NCBI GenBank assembly: GCA_051599415.1
Contig: AP039715.1
Coordinates: forward strand, 434,001-498,000
Length of the DNA stretch: 64,000 nucleotides
Direction of reading: 5' to 3'
Origin: Savitreella phatthalungensis
Lineage: Eukaryota
The notes beneath the pieces were generated by a model. It ran no database searches. It saw only the letters and a list, made by a program, of their open reading frames with translations, and had not been told where the DNA came from. Each line of letters opens with the position of its first letter. Within the stretch, counting starts at the first letter, position 1. This document shows, one piece after another, positions 37,289 through 48,123 of this stretch. The position numbers and the translations under genes were made by a program.

Positions 37289-38785
37289 ATGAGCCTGACA
37301 GAGACCATCACACTTTCGAACGGCAAATCATATGAGCAGCCCACGGGCTTGTTCATCAATAATGAGTGGGTCAAGTCGAAGTCGGGTCAGACTTTCGAGA
37401 CAATCAACCCAACCAACGGAAAACCGATTGTCGCCATTCAAGAAGCACAGGAAGAGGATGTGGATGTCGCTGTTGCAGCCGCGCGAGCTGCATTCCAACA
37501 TGGCTCCGAATGGCGATCCATGTCCTCTGCTGGTCGTGGCAAAATTCTTATGAAGTTGGCGGATCTGATCGAAGCCGACCTCGAACAGATCGCTCAGATT
37601 GAATCACTAGACAACGGCAAGCCGTTGATGCTATCACGAGGTGATATCGGCGCAGTCGCCGCGTGTATACGCTACTACGCGGGCTGGGCCGACAAAGTCG
37701 TCGGAGAGACAGCTGACGTGGACCCCTACCGTTTCGGTTACACTCGACACGAGCCCATTGGAGTGTGCGGACAAGTTATTCCGTGGAACTTCCCTGCGCT
37801 AATGTTCTCCTGGAAGATTGCACCCGCTTTGGCCACCGGAAACACGGTCGTCCTGAAATCAGCAGAGCAAACACCTCTCTCCGCCTTGTACATGTGCAAT
37901 CTTCTCAAGAAAGCCGGCCTCCCGAAGGGAGTGTTCAATCTCGTCTCTGGCTTTGGAAAGACTGCTGGCGCCGCGATCGCCTCTCACATGGACATCGATA
38001 AGGTAGCGTTCACTGGCTCCACGCTGGTGGGTCGCCAGATTCTGAAGGCAGCAGCGAGTTCCAATCTCAAGAAGGTCACGCTCGAGCTCGGAGGCAAATC
38101 GCCCAATATCGTCTTTGATGACGCTGACATGGACCAGGCCATCGCATGGTCCAGCTTCGGCATTTACTACAACGGAGGACAAGTTTGCTGTGCAGGATCT
38201 CGCATCTTTGTGCAAGAGGGCATCTATGATGACTTTGTCAAGCGTTTCAAGGAAAGGGCTCAGGCTCATCAGGTTGGTGATCCGCTGAAGGAGGAGACGT
38301 TCCAGGGACCCCAGGTGTCTCAGTTGCAGTTTGACCGCATCATGGGATACATCAAGTCCGGACGTGACGAGGGTGCAACGATTGCGCTTGGAGGCGAGCG
38401 AGTGGGTGACGAGGGGTACTTCATTCAGCCTACAGTCATTACAGATGCGAAGCCGGACATGAAGGTCATGCGGGAAGAGATTTTTGGCCCCGTCGTGGCT
38501 ATTTCGAAATTTACAGACATCGAGGATGCCTTGCGACAGGCGAATGACACAACCTATGGTCTGGCTTCTGGTCTTTTCACCCGTAATCTCAACACGGCCA
38601 TCGAGGTTTCCAATCGTTTACAGGCCGGAACTGTCTGGGTGAACTCGTGGAACACCATTCATCATCAACTGCCGTTTGGTGGCTACAAGACATCCGGCAT
38701 CGGCCGTGAGCTCGGCAAGTATGCGCTTGACAACTACACGCAAGTCAAGACTGTGCAGATCAATTTGGGAATGCCTAATCCTTGA
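37289..38785 (+). CDS. NAD(P)-dependent aldehyde dehydrogenase (ALDH1/2-like, no obvious targeting peptide)
   Basis: IPWNFP, FTGST, LELGGKSP, GQVCCAGSR, EEIFGPV, PFGGYKTSGIGRE. Confidence 0.96.
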   Translation: MSLTETITLSNGKSYEQPTGLFINNEWVKSKSGQTFETINPTNGKPIVAIQEAQEEDVDVAVAAARAAFQHGSEWRSMSSAGRGKILMKLADLIEADLEQIAQIESLDNGKPLMLSRGDIGAVAACIRYYAGWADKVVGETADVDPYRFGYTRHEPIGVCGQVIPWNFPALMFSWKIAPALATGNTVVLKSAEQTPLSALYMCNLLKKAGLPKGVFNLVSGFGKTAGAAIASHMDIDKVAFTGSTLVGRQILKAAASSNLKKVTLELGGKSPNIVFDDADMDQAIAWSSFGIYYNGGQVCCAGSRIFVQEGIYDDFVKRFKERAQAHQVGDPLKEETFQGPQVSQLQFDRIMGYIKSGRDEGATIALGGERVGDEGYFIQPTVITDAKPDMKVMREEIFGPVVAISKFTDIEDALRQANDTTYGLASGLFTRNLNTAIEVSNRLQAGTVWVNSWNTIHHQLPFGGYKTSGIGRELGKYALDNYTQVKTVQINLGMPNP

Positions 38786-39036
38786 TTCTTGCTTGCAAAC
38801 AGATTATTTAGCAGAATCCGATGAAGTATTCTTTGTTTTCAATCTCTCTATCAAGTATCCTTTGTTTTCATCCCTCTGTCTTGGACCCCGCCAATTCACG
38901 CGCGCGTAATAGTTGATCACGCGGATACATTAAACGTAGTTTCCTTTCAATCGACGTGAAGACCGCACAGAAGGGACGAGGGATCTCCTCTCAGACAAGC
39001 GGCGATACTGTATTGCACTTGCTTCCCACTGACACA

Positions 39037-41067
39037 ATGTTCACGCCGGCAGGTGCTCTCTCGCGCGATGCGCGGAAGCAGCGCGCTCGACCACGCGTCG
39101 ATGGAGCTTGGCAGCCTGCAGCACCGATCACTGGACCACTGTCGTTCAGTTATGGCTCACCCCTGGACACGGATGAAAGCCTGATGATATCTGAAGCCGA
39201 ATCGACGCTCCCTCTCACGGCTCGCTTGCAGCGACGTCCGCAGCAGGTGACCAACGAAGCGCCTCTCGGAGTAGACACGCCACCCGATGGGCTCTTTGCA
39301 ACCAGCCAGGAAGCATCGCCGCTTGCGTTTCGTTCCCGGACGTCTAATAGATCTCGTCGTATCGATAATCTGGCCGAACGCGAGGCGAGTCGATCACGAC
39401 GGCAGTCGCTAAGAAGTAGCAGAGCGAGAAAGACACTCAATGCCGCATCGGTCGATCCTGCGCTGGCCGATACCGCATCAATTGCAAGCGATGTAAATGA
39501 CTCCAGTGAGGATGACGCGTTACTGGCACAGCTGGATTACACGAGCAAGGTCTCGCAATGGGACGAGACGTCGCATGATCAGCCACAATGCGATGAGGAT
39601 ATTGCGAATGCTTCGCGCAACACGTCGCGAAGGCCTCTGCTTGTTGCGGGTTTGCTGAAGCTGCTAATCCTTCAGCGACTTCTGCTGGACACATTCCGTC
39701 GGACGAATCGGCTGGTCGTCTTTTTAGTTCCTGTCATGCTTTGTGCTTTGGCCGGTGCGCACTGGCTGAGAAACACACCTGCGATCGACCAGCAAACGTC
39801 GTTTAGAGCGGGATCGCAAACGCCACAAACAGTCGAAGATTATGTGACGAGACTTCTCGCCGCGGAATCGTACCTCGAAGCATTCTCTCGTGAATCGCTA
39901 CAAGCCGATAGACAATTGAGGCAGCTCGATTCCGAGCTCCGAGTTCTGAAGGCAGATATCGCAGATGTGCGAATCAGCTTTGGGTCACAAGAAGCCAAAA
40001 CTGCGGACCTTGAGCAGCGCCTGCGCGATACAGAGACGCGACAGATGAAGGACTTCGTAGCGCTTCTAGATCAGCAATTGCCAGAACGTCTGGTGGTTCG
40101 ACGCGACCCAGTCACCGGTGCTTTGGCTGTGCCCGAAGACTTTTGGCGCCTTGCTGCTCAATCGCTCACATGGCAAGATTTGCAGAAGCCATCCGAAGCC
40201 TGGGCAACCTTCGTCAGGGTCAACAAAGATGCGCTTGCGAAGTTCGTTCAACTCGAAATATACAATGCCACACTCACCAAAGAATCTTTTCTTGAGCTCA
40301 TTCGCCATGAGGTGGACACGATCAGACAAGAGTGCAAGAAGCACGCAGGCGCTGGACCTCAGAATGATGAAATTGCTACTCTCATCGATATGGTCATGCG
40401 CCATCAAAGCGACGATCGACCGAATGCGCCGGACTTTGCGAGTTACGCTGCGGGAGCGCGCATCAACCCTCATCTGACGTCGCAATCTTATGATCGACAG
40501 CCCGCTACTGCCATAGGCCGCATGCTATCAAGCCTCCTCAGTGGCGTAGGCCGTCGTCGCTCAAAGCCACCTGCGGTTGCCCTGTACACAACATCGGCAT
40601 TGGGCATGTGCTGGGCGTTTGCTGGCGAAGAAGGTCAATTGGCGGTTCGTCTCAGCGAGCCGATCTTGCTTGACCGTATCGCCATTGAACATATGGAAGT
40701 AGTCGCCACGCCAGATATCGCGTCCGCGCCACGGGAGATCGAGGTTTGGGCGCGTCCACTGAACGTCAACCCGTACAACGACTTGTCCAATGAGCCGATC
40801 ACCATCGCAGATGAGCAGAACAGAGTGCCGCCAGCACCGAGTTTCATGCATGTTCTGGACATGACCTTTAATCCTTACGGCCGTGGAGCACGCCAAGTAG
40901 TACGAGTGCCCGCAGTGTTTTCACGACTGCAAATTCCAGTTGATGAGCTCGTCTTCCGCATCAGGTCGAATTGGGGACACAAGGACTACACGTGTCTGTA
41001 TCGCGTCAGTGCCTTAGGCTCCAGCATGTCGACCGCAGACAATAGCATGTTAGAAGGCGATAAGTAA
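39037..41067 (+). CDS. SUN-domain nuclear-envelope/spindle-pole-body protein (Sad1/Mps3-like)
   Basis: TM segment, coiled coil, then PDFASYAAGARINPHLTS, GMCWAFAG, SAPREIEVW, SNWGHKDYTCLYRV. Confidence 0.9.
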   Translation: MFTPAGALSRDARKQRARPRVDGAWQPAAPITGPLSFSYGSPLDTDESLMISEAESTLPLTARLQRRPQQVTNEAPLGVDTPPDGLFATSQEASPLAFRSRTSNRSRRIDNLAEREASRSRRQSLRSSRARKTLNAASVDPALADTASIASDVNDSSEDDALLAQLDYTSKVSQWDETSHDQPQCDEDIANASRNTSRRPLLVAGLLKLLILQRLLLDTFRRTNRLVVFLVPVMLCALAGAHWLRNTPAIDQQTSFRAGSQTPQTVEDYVTRLLAAESYLEAFSRESLQADRQLRQLDSELRVLKADIADVRISFGSQEAKTADLEQRLRDTETRQMKDFVALLDQQLPERLVVRRDPVTGALAVPEDFWRLAAQSLTWQDLQKPSEAWATFVRVNKDALAKFVQLEIYNATLTKESFLELIRHEVDTIRQECKKHAGAGPQNDEIATLIDMVMRHQSDDRPNAPDFASYAAGARINPHLTSQSYDRQPATAIGRMLSSLLSGVGRRRSKPPAVALYTTSALGMCWAFAGEEGQLAVRLSEPILLDRIAIEHMEVVATPDIASAPREIEVWARPLNVNPYNDLSNEPITIADEQNRVPPAPSFMHVLDMTFNPYGRGARQVVRVPAVFSRLQIPVDELVFRIRSNWGHKDYTCLYRVSALGSSMSTADNSMLEGDK

Positions 41068-41109
41068 ATAAGTGATCGGGTAGACTGCCTGCGATCTCTG
41101 TCGTTCACA

Positions 41110-42753
41110 TCAAGACGGCGTGAAAGACGCGATCGCGATGGCGTGCGAGCAGCATTCCTGAGTGACTTCACTCATTTGTACAGCCTCGCACTTTAGCCTC
41201 AGCGCGCGATTGCGACGCACGTTCTCAGCCAGTCGTCCGGCTGGATATGCCTGCAAGACCTGCGCAACAAAGGCTAAGAGGCGTTGAAGCACTTCGGAAT
41301 CTTCTTCCGCCACAAGTTGTGAAAGCATTTCCTCCGCGACTTCTGAGAGCCGTGGCGCCATGGCAGACCACCTCGAAAGTAGAGCAAGAGTGCCTGTCGC
41401 AGCCCTTCGTGTCTGCATGTCGAGAGCTCTCGCATCATTGATGATAGTCTTCAAGCAGTCTGCTCCAAGCTTGTTAGCAGGATCGAGCAGGAAAGCCGCA
41501 CCAACGATTCCGGCGCTAAGATTACAGACCAACTCTGCTCTTGCGCGCATACATAGGACGTCACCGGCATACATAGCGCTCTCGATAGACCTCCATTCGC
41601 GGATGACAAGCGCGCATGCCTCACCTGCATTCTGGGCGCACAGGTTCGTTAAGGCAACCAGGAAAAGGCCCTGCAAATACAATGCGCTGTTGCTGAAAGC
41701 ACGCAGGAGCATTGAAGCTGCAGTGCTCGCCTCTCCGAAGTGAAGTCCTAGCACTGAGTCGAAGGAGCATAGAAGGCGTGCAACAGCGACGACGAGAGCT
41801 GGTTCTTCACCAGGTGCGCGGTGCTCAAGATCGATTAATCGCCTGAGAATGCCGGCAGATACTAGCTTAGTTTGGCGGCCTTCCGCGCGGGCGAGATTGG
41901 CACAAACCAAGCCGTAAACCTTCACTGACTCGGAGCTGCGGACTTTCACTTGTCCGAGAAGATCCATCACGGCTTGGTTCACTACCAGCTTATCCACACG
42001 CGCTGTGATCGTTTCAGCGTCTTCGCGAAAACCCTCCGAATCTCCAGCACAGCCAGTGTCTTGGCTAATCCGACGTAGTGCTTCGTGGCTCGCGGATAAT
42101 CCGGCAGGATAGTCCGTCAGTAGCTGCAGGCAGACGAGAAAGGCGTACAATTCTCTCGTGTCTTCGCACGAACGGATAGAAACTAGTGGAAGGACTTCGT
42201 CCGCAAGGTAGTCGCGAACCCGATGATTGTGAGCAAGAAGCATGAGCAGCTCGAGGTAGCGGCCGGTTGGCCTCAAAGCTTGTGCTCGTGCCACGGCAAC
42301 ATGGCGCGTCAACTGGCAGAGTGGCGTGTCAGCTTTCACAATAGCTAGTTTGCACTGCAGGATACTAGCCTGAAGCCCTATATTTGTATCCACCGGATAG
42401 TCTTGTGAGATAGCAAGTGACGCCAGCGCCAGCTCACGCAGTATTGCTACATTCGCCGATACGCTGCATGCAGACGATAATGCTTGCAACAGTGCTGTGA
42501 GGATGCGATCATTTGATTCAGCCTCGAGCAATAGATCTGGCAGGATCGCATCGGACACAATGCATTCGGCGAGGCAAAGCATCCGTGGGGACAGCAGATC
42601 AAACAATTCGAGGCCACGTAAGATTTCACCGTCTTGATCGCTTGTCAGCTTCTGCTTGACCTCATCTGCGAGTGCTTCCTCTGATTCTGCTTTGTCAGGG
42701 ACGTTTCCATTGATTGACTGGACTTCTTGCAACTCTTCTGCGCGCTCAAGCAT
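41110..42753 (-). CDS. UCS-domain myosin chaperone (Rng3/She4/UNC-45-like)
   Basis: ARM-like repeats with LVALTNLC, RARAELVCNLS, DMQTRRAATGTLALLS. Confidence 0.72.
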   Translation of the reverse strand: MLERAEELQEVQSINGNVPDKAESEEALADEVKQKLTSDQDGEILRGLELFDLLSPRMLCLAECIVSDAILPDLLLEAESNDRILTALLQALSSACSVSANVAILRELALASLAISQDYPVDTNIGLQASILQCKLAIVKADTPLCQLTRHVAVARAQALRPTGRYLELLMLLAHNHRVRDYLADEVLPLVSIRSCEDTRELYAFLVCLQLLTDYPAGLSASHEALRRISQDTGCAGDSEGFREDAETITARVDKLVVNQAVMDLLGQVKVRSSESVKVYGLVCANLARAEGRQTKLVSAGILRRLIDLEHRAPGEEPALVVAVARLLCSFDSVLGLHFGEASTAASMLLRAFSNSALYLQGLFLVALTNLCAQNAGEACALVIREWRSIESAMYAGDVLCMRARAELVCNLSAGIVGAAFLLDPANKLGADCLKTIINDARALDMQTRRAATGTLALLSRWSAMAPRLSEVAEEMLSQLVAEEDSEVLQRLLAFVAQVLQAYPAGRLAENVRRNRALRLKCEAVQMSEVTQECCSHAIAIASFTPS

Positions 42754-42965
42754 CGCAGAATCTGCGACCTTTGGCCCATGCGAAAGCTCGAGATTAGCGT
42801 TCGGTCTGGGAGCCGGACTTGCACTTATCGGAAAACCTGCGAGAGCGACGGCTAGTCTTGATCGGTGGATTTTCTATGAGATCGTCCAACTATAGAGAAT
42901 CTCGTTGAATATATGATTGGCTGCTGCATATATTTGCCGGCAATGCTAGCGACTACGGAATTGAC

Positions 42966-43704
42966 TCAGGAGAAGTCAGCGGCCTTGCTCGTTACGAGCA
43001 GCCCGATGATGAGACCGAAAAGACCAAGAATCGATCCGAAGATTTCGATGATCAGGATCTTGACGAAAAGGCTCGGATCTAGTGCATCTGCGAGTGCCGC
43101 GGACGATCCGCTGACACCGACGGCCACACCGCATGCCAGGTTACACAAACCCACAGTTAGGCCACCCCAGAACAGAGAATAGCCTGTGAAGAAATTGCTC
43201 TTAGAATAGAGCTCAGGACCAGAGACCGCTGAAAGCTTTGAGGTGAACACAATGGACATAATCAGTCCGTATATTCCAACCACTTCACAGAAGATGATAG
43301 AGATCAAGTTTTTCGTAGTGATGCGACTCGCACGCACGCCAGCTCCGAGTATGGATGTGCCTGTGATGTAAATGCCCCAAGCTGCGCCAATGACGGACAG
43401 ACCCGTACAGAGCCCAATGCCGCTGAGAAGTTAGCTCGATATCCAAAGCCGGGCATTCGGGACTCACATGAAGCCCCATGAATATGGTGAGGTCTGCGTC
43501 AGAAATCTGCCAACTATCCCCGTCAGCAGCTTGCAGATGAGCATGGCAGTAGCTCACCATCGAAATAGTGCCCGTCACCGGAAAGGACCATATAAAGTCC
43601 GGCAATCCCACTATAACCCCGTCAGTCATCGATTCTGACCACTTTGTATCGATGCAAGCTTACCTGAAGGCAAGCAGCGCCGCGGTCAGCTGCACCAGTA
43701 CCAT
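42966..43704 (-). CDS. VMA16: V-ATPase proteolipid subunit c'' (4 exons)
   Basis: Spliced [68 protein letters not shown]...[16 protein letters not shown]...[12 protein letters not shown]. Confidence 0.93.
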
Positions 43705-43937
43705 CGCGCACCCTGGTGTTTGCGTGACGTCGAGTAAGACGGCTGCACGATTTATGAATTGCCATAAATTGATCGAGTTATATGCAACCGTGTTTGAGGA
43801 TCGTCAAATGCATGCATTTGATGCGTCTATAGACAATCCTTGCCGGTTTCCAAACATATCGGTGACAGCAGCTCTTACAGAGAGATCATCGCGATATCAT
43901 ACAAGTGTCCAACGATAGGTAGAAGGCTGGAAACGTC

Positions 43938-44761
43938 ATGTCCGGCCTCCGCAGGGAGATCGAGACGAACCTGCATCGCATGCTACCGATGCACAATCAC
44001 CTTTCAGGCGAGCTTGTCATGCTCGCCGAGGCTTTACACAGCCAATCGAAAGATGTGCTGCTCAAGGCAGACGAGCTTCCTGCACGGACCTTTGCTTGCT
44101 CTCAGATTGCTTGCGAACGGTAAGCGCTATCTAAGTATCAAAACCCGGCTGACAAGCTCCAGTCTGGCCTCGAAACTTGGCCTTCCGGCGCTCGACTTAA
44201 AGCAAGCGCCGTTGCCTCCTCGTCGATATGCTCGAGTGCTCGAAGCCGTACTCGCCGGCTGTTTGAAATTAGGCTCCCATCAGACGCTTCCGCAGTCCAA
44301 TCGGCAGGACAAAAGCGCTGCTTTGTCACGCTCTTTGGTCAAACTCGAGCGCAAGCTCGACATGGATTTGTCGATTCTTGTCAGCCACTGCTCGGAGCTC
44401 CTGGTGGCGCGAAAGGGCGACTTACACTCGGATGAGTTAGCGATCGCGCTTGTAGCAAATCACTTGAGATTTGATCCCGTACGGTGTGTGGCGCTGGCAG
44501 AGGCCTGCGACTTGCCCCTCACTGCTATCCATGATCTGGCCGGTAGCATCGATACGGCACTCGCACATCACAGTGACGGGATTTTTGGAACAGGCACGAA
44601 TCGATACAATTGGCGCAGAACATCCATGGTATGCAATCATTCCTAGGCGCACAACAACTGACCGCGATCAGAAAGATATCGATCTCAGATCACCGCAAAA
44701 GCACAGGACTTACCAGGTCTGGAAAGAGCTGATGCTGAATGAGCCCCGGGTGGCGATGTGA
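43938..44761 (+). CDS. ORC6: Origin recognition complex subunit 6 (3 exons)
   Basis: Introns 44120-44162 and 44629-44671; LKADELPARTFACSQIACER|LASKLGLP...APLPPRRY and C-terminal DIDLRSPQKHRTYQVWKELML match fungal Orc6 blocks. Confidence 0.75.
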
Positions 44762-44776
44762 TGTCACAGGTGAAGC

Positions 44777-45406
44777 TCATACTTCCTCGAGTTTGGGCGG
44801 CGCCGCAGTTGAGCGATCTTCTTCATCCTCGTCGTCAGAATCGTTGTCAGCATCGGCTCCATCCTGGCCACTCTGTCCCATACTAGCCATCATGGATGAA
44901 AAGTCCATATCGCCACCTGCGCCGCCCATGCCGTTCATACCGGCGAGCTTTGAGAAGTCGAGGCCGCCCATACCGCCGGCTCCACCCATCATCGACGCCA
45001 TGTCTCCCATGCCACCGGCATCAGCATCGACCTGTTCGTCCTGCTCATCCTCATCGACCCACTTGTCGAAATCTGTTCGTACATAGTGGAGTTTTTCCTT
45101 GGTCGCACAGAGACGTGGCCAGAACTCGGCCCGATCCGTCTTCTTCTGCAATACAAACAACAGATTCAGATCGTTGTGCCTTTGCTTTGTCTCCGCGGGT
45201 TCAATCTCATCGTATAGATCCAGATGGAGCTTGTAAGTCTTCCCGTGCTTGTCAGCCCCGGACACATCGACCGACTTTGCCTGTATGTCAAGCTTAGGCG
45301 ACACGATATCTGGTGTAACCACGGTCAAATAGACGATGTTCTTTTCATGTACTGTGTCTGATGACCGTTGGGCCCAGCGAACTTCTGGCACCTGGATATG
45401 CGACAT
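44777..45406 (-). CDS. SBA1: Hsp90 co-chaperone p23 (Sba1/Wos2)
   Basis: PEVRWAQRS, FWPRL, KLHYVRTDFDKWVDEDEQ, GM-rich acidic tail. Confidence 0.95.
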   Translation of the reverse strand: MSHIQVPEVRWAQRSSDTVHEKNIVYLTVVTPDIVSPKLDIQAKSVDVSGADKHGKTYKLHLDLYDEIEPAETKQRHNDLNLLFVLQKKTDRAEFWPRLCATKEKLHYVRTDFDKWVDEDEQDEQVDADAGGMGDMASMMGGAGGMGGLDFSKLAGMNGMGGAGGDMDFSSMMASMGQSGQDGADADNDSDDEDEEDRSTAAPPKLEEV

Positions 45407-46001
45407 GTGGGCAGTGTTTTATCGGTCGGTGTCTTTGTCGTCCAGCTTCAACCACTTCGGATATTTGAGTCACGCCTTCTGAGCGCGAACTTTCCATGCT
45501 TCAATTCCGACACTAAGGCATGCACTGCACTGAGGAAATTAGTAGAAGCATGATTGTTAAAAAGCCAAATAAATCGAGGTACTGTACGTGCAGTGACTTA
45601 AATTTACAACATTGATTTTCCATTACATTCGATCGCAAAAAAGGAATTGCGAGTGTCCCGACATCGAAGTGAACTGGCGCGGACTTTGATACCCAATCAT
45701 GATCGTGATTGTCAGACAACTGTTGAAATGCTTTTGACAGTTATACTTACGACAATGTTGCAGAGAACTAACAATTGTATCTTTGCCATCAACCGAGTTC
45801 TACTGTAAAGCTTGGCTCAGCCCATCTCGTTGTCGAGCGTTTGTCCTGCATCTGAATAGAGACCTCTGGCGGCGTAGATCTTTCCATCCGAGTCTGCCTG
45901 CAGTACATATGGCGTTGAACGGTGCACCGGCACAGGCTCCGTGCCAGCGACCTTTGCGAAGCGTCCGCAACCCAGAATTGACCTTTTAGCTGGTCTTACA
46001 G

Positions 46002-46390
46002 TCAGTGCTGACGATCTGAGATCTGCGATGCGACTGTCGTGTCAGTAAATCCCGTCAGATTGGTTCAAACAAGCTTACTCATGTTGACAAGCGCAATATT
46101 CCGTCGAGCCACGAGAAGCACATCCTTGGTCTCTAGTGTATTTGACGAACGGTGTCGGGCGAAGAGCTGGCTATCGACGGATATAGTCTCTGCATATCGC
46201 CAAGCTGCTGTTGTCAGAGCTGCAATGAAGTCTGTGCTAGCGTTCACGCCGCTTGAGTTGCCCAAGACATCATCTACGATTCGACCAACTGTGTTGCAGT
46301 CAGTAGCTGAGGCTTTCACAATCTTACGATAGTCGTACCCGCTAGCCACAGCGCTGCCTGAAGTCTTCCAGCTCGGTCGTCGGCCTCCAT
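46002..46390 (-). CDS. MHF1: CENP-S/Mhf1 histone-fold protein (3 exons)
   Basis: Introns 46289-46338 and 46034-46078; RLQAALWLA|VGRIVDD...ASTDFIAALT...DSQLFARH..NTLETKDVLLVARRN. Confidence 0.85.
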
Positions 46391-46590
46391 GCAATGAGGA
46401 TGCGACAAGATATCCTGCCCCGATCTGTAGGCTGGGAACTCATGATGTTCTGTGTGATTAATTCGTGATTTGATCAAATCGCACCGCACGTCATCTTTGA
46501 AAAGACCCTGCGCAAATCTCGAGGGGTGATATTTGGCTGAAGAATCTACGGTTGCGACTACATCGTTACGACGCATATAAACGATTCAGC

Positions 46591-46869
46591 ATGTCTCTAC
46601 CATTCATCCCCATCTGCTTTCAATTTGGCACGGATCAAAACCCTTGCCATTGCAAGATCGTTGGTCCAACGCTCGGATTCCTTGTGTGAGTATCGCCTGC
46701 AAGTGCCGCAAGAGCCAACGAGCTAACAATCTCAAGAATGATCGTCGTGGCTATCATTGCCTGGCCGGCAGCGTTATTCGTCTGCTGCTGTAATCGCGAA
46801 CAAGCAAACAAACTATGGGGCGCCCCGGTTGATGCAAATGGACAAGTCTCTAACGCAATACCTTTCTAA
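46591..46869 (+). CDS. 75-aa Cys-rich hydrophobic microprotein (2 exons), absent from the ORF track
   Basis: Exon 46591-46685, intron 46686-46736 (GTGAGT...GCTAAC...AAG), exon 46737-46869: MSLPFIPICFQFGTDQNPCHCKIVGPTLGFLVMIVVAIIAWPAALFVCCCNREQANKLWGAPVDANGQVSNAIPF*. Confidence 0.8.
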
Positions 46870-46886
46870 CATTGCTCAATCTCTGT

Positions 46887-47996
46887 CTAAAGCTTATCAA
46901 TGATCGCTTGTGCGTACTGAGACGTAGAAGCCTTGCCGCCGAGATCGCCAGTGATCTGGCGACCCTCGCTCAGCACAGAGAAAATGGCGTTCTCGATGCG
47001 CTGTGCCTCGTCATGCAGTGCCATGTGGCGAAGCATCATGATTGACGACAGCAGGAGCGCTGTCGGGTTGGCAAGCCCTTTGCCGGCAATATCAGGAGCC
47101 GAACCATGAACAGCCTCGAAGATCGATGCATCATTTCCGATGTTGCCAGAGGGGGTCAAACCGAGGCCACCGATCAGGCCAGCGCAAAGATCAGAAATAA
47201 TGTCTCCGTACAAATTCGGCATGACAGTCACACGATCTGCGTAAAGTGTCGGGTCAGTGACAAGACGAAGACACGTGTTGTCGAGCACTTCGGTCGTGAA
47301 TTCGATGTCCGGGTAGTCCTTGGCGACTTCCCGGGCCGTAGACAAGAAGAGCCCGTCAGACATTTTCATGATCGCTGCCTTGTGAACAGCTGTTACCTTG
47401 GTCTTGCCAATATCGCGCGCATACTGGAAAGCGAAGCGAATGACACGCTCTGAAGCATCGCGAGTGATCAGCTTGATCGACTGAACCACACCGGGAACCA
47501 CGACATGCTCGATTCCAGAGTACTCACCCTCCGTATTCTCTCGGATCAGGTATGTATCGACGTTGTCATAAGGCGTTTTGTAGCCCTTTATGGATCGACA
47601 CGGGCGCACGTTGGCGTAAAGGTTGAAGGTTCGACGCAGCGTAAGGTTGAGCGATACGTGCCCTTTGCCGATTGGTGTTGCGAGTGGGCCTTTGAGAGCC
47701 ACGGTATTCTTGCGAATGTTCTCAACGGCAGCTTCCGGAATCGCTGTCTTGCCGTCCTTCAGGACAGGCGTCACATCACATTCCTCCCACTCAATTGGAA
47801 CTTTGGCGGCGGCGAAAATGTCCACGACAGACTTGCTTATCTCAGGACCGATACCGTCTCCGGGTATCAGAGAAACCGTGTACTTGCCGTTAGCATTGCG
47901 AGCCCGATCGAATGTTCCTGCGGCGGCTTTCACTGTTGCGTACGAACGCCGAGCAGCGGTCCCCCTTGCGCGTGCCCGAGTGCAGAGAGAAAACAT
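46887..47996 (-). CDS. IDH2: Mitochondrial NAD-dependent isocitrate dehydrogenase catalytic subunit
   Basis: Arg-rich presequence, [49 protein letters not shown]. Confidence 0.95.
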   Translation of the reverse strand: MFSLCTRARARGTAARRSYATVKAAAGTFDRARNANGKYTVSLIPGDGIGPEISKSVVDIFAAAKVPIEWEECDVTPVLKDGKTAIPEAAVENIRKNTVALKGPLATPIGKGHVSLNLTLRRTFNLYANVRPCRSIKGYKTPYDNVDTYLIRENTEGEYSGIEHVVVPGVVQSIKLITRDASERVIRFAFQYARDIGKTKVTAVHKAAIMKMSDGLFLSTAREVAKDYPDIEFTTEVLDNTCLRLVTDPTLYADRVTVMPNLYGDIISDLCAGLIGGLGLTPSGNIGNDASIFEAVHGSAPDIAGKGLANPTALLLSSIMMLRHMALHDEAQRIENAIFSVLSEGRQITGDLGGKASTSQYAQAIIDKL

Positions 47997-48123
47997 TGCA
48001 GAAAGTTTTTGCTAAAGCTGACAACTAGGCCGCAAGATGTCTTTATGGGTATGCGCGTGGGAGGGTCTTGTCAGGTATTCGGAATACACGGGATCATGCA
48101 CCTGCGCGAAAATCGGCGATCCA

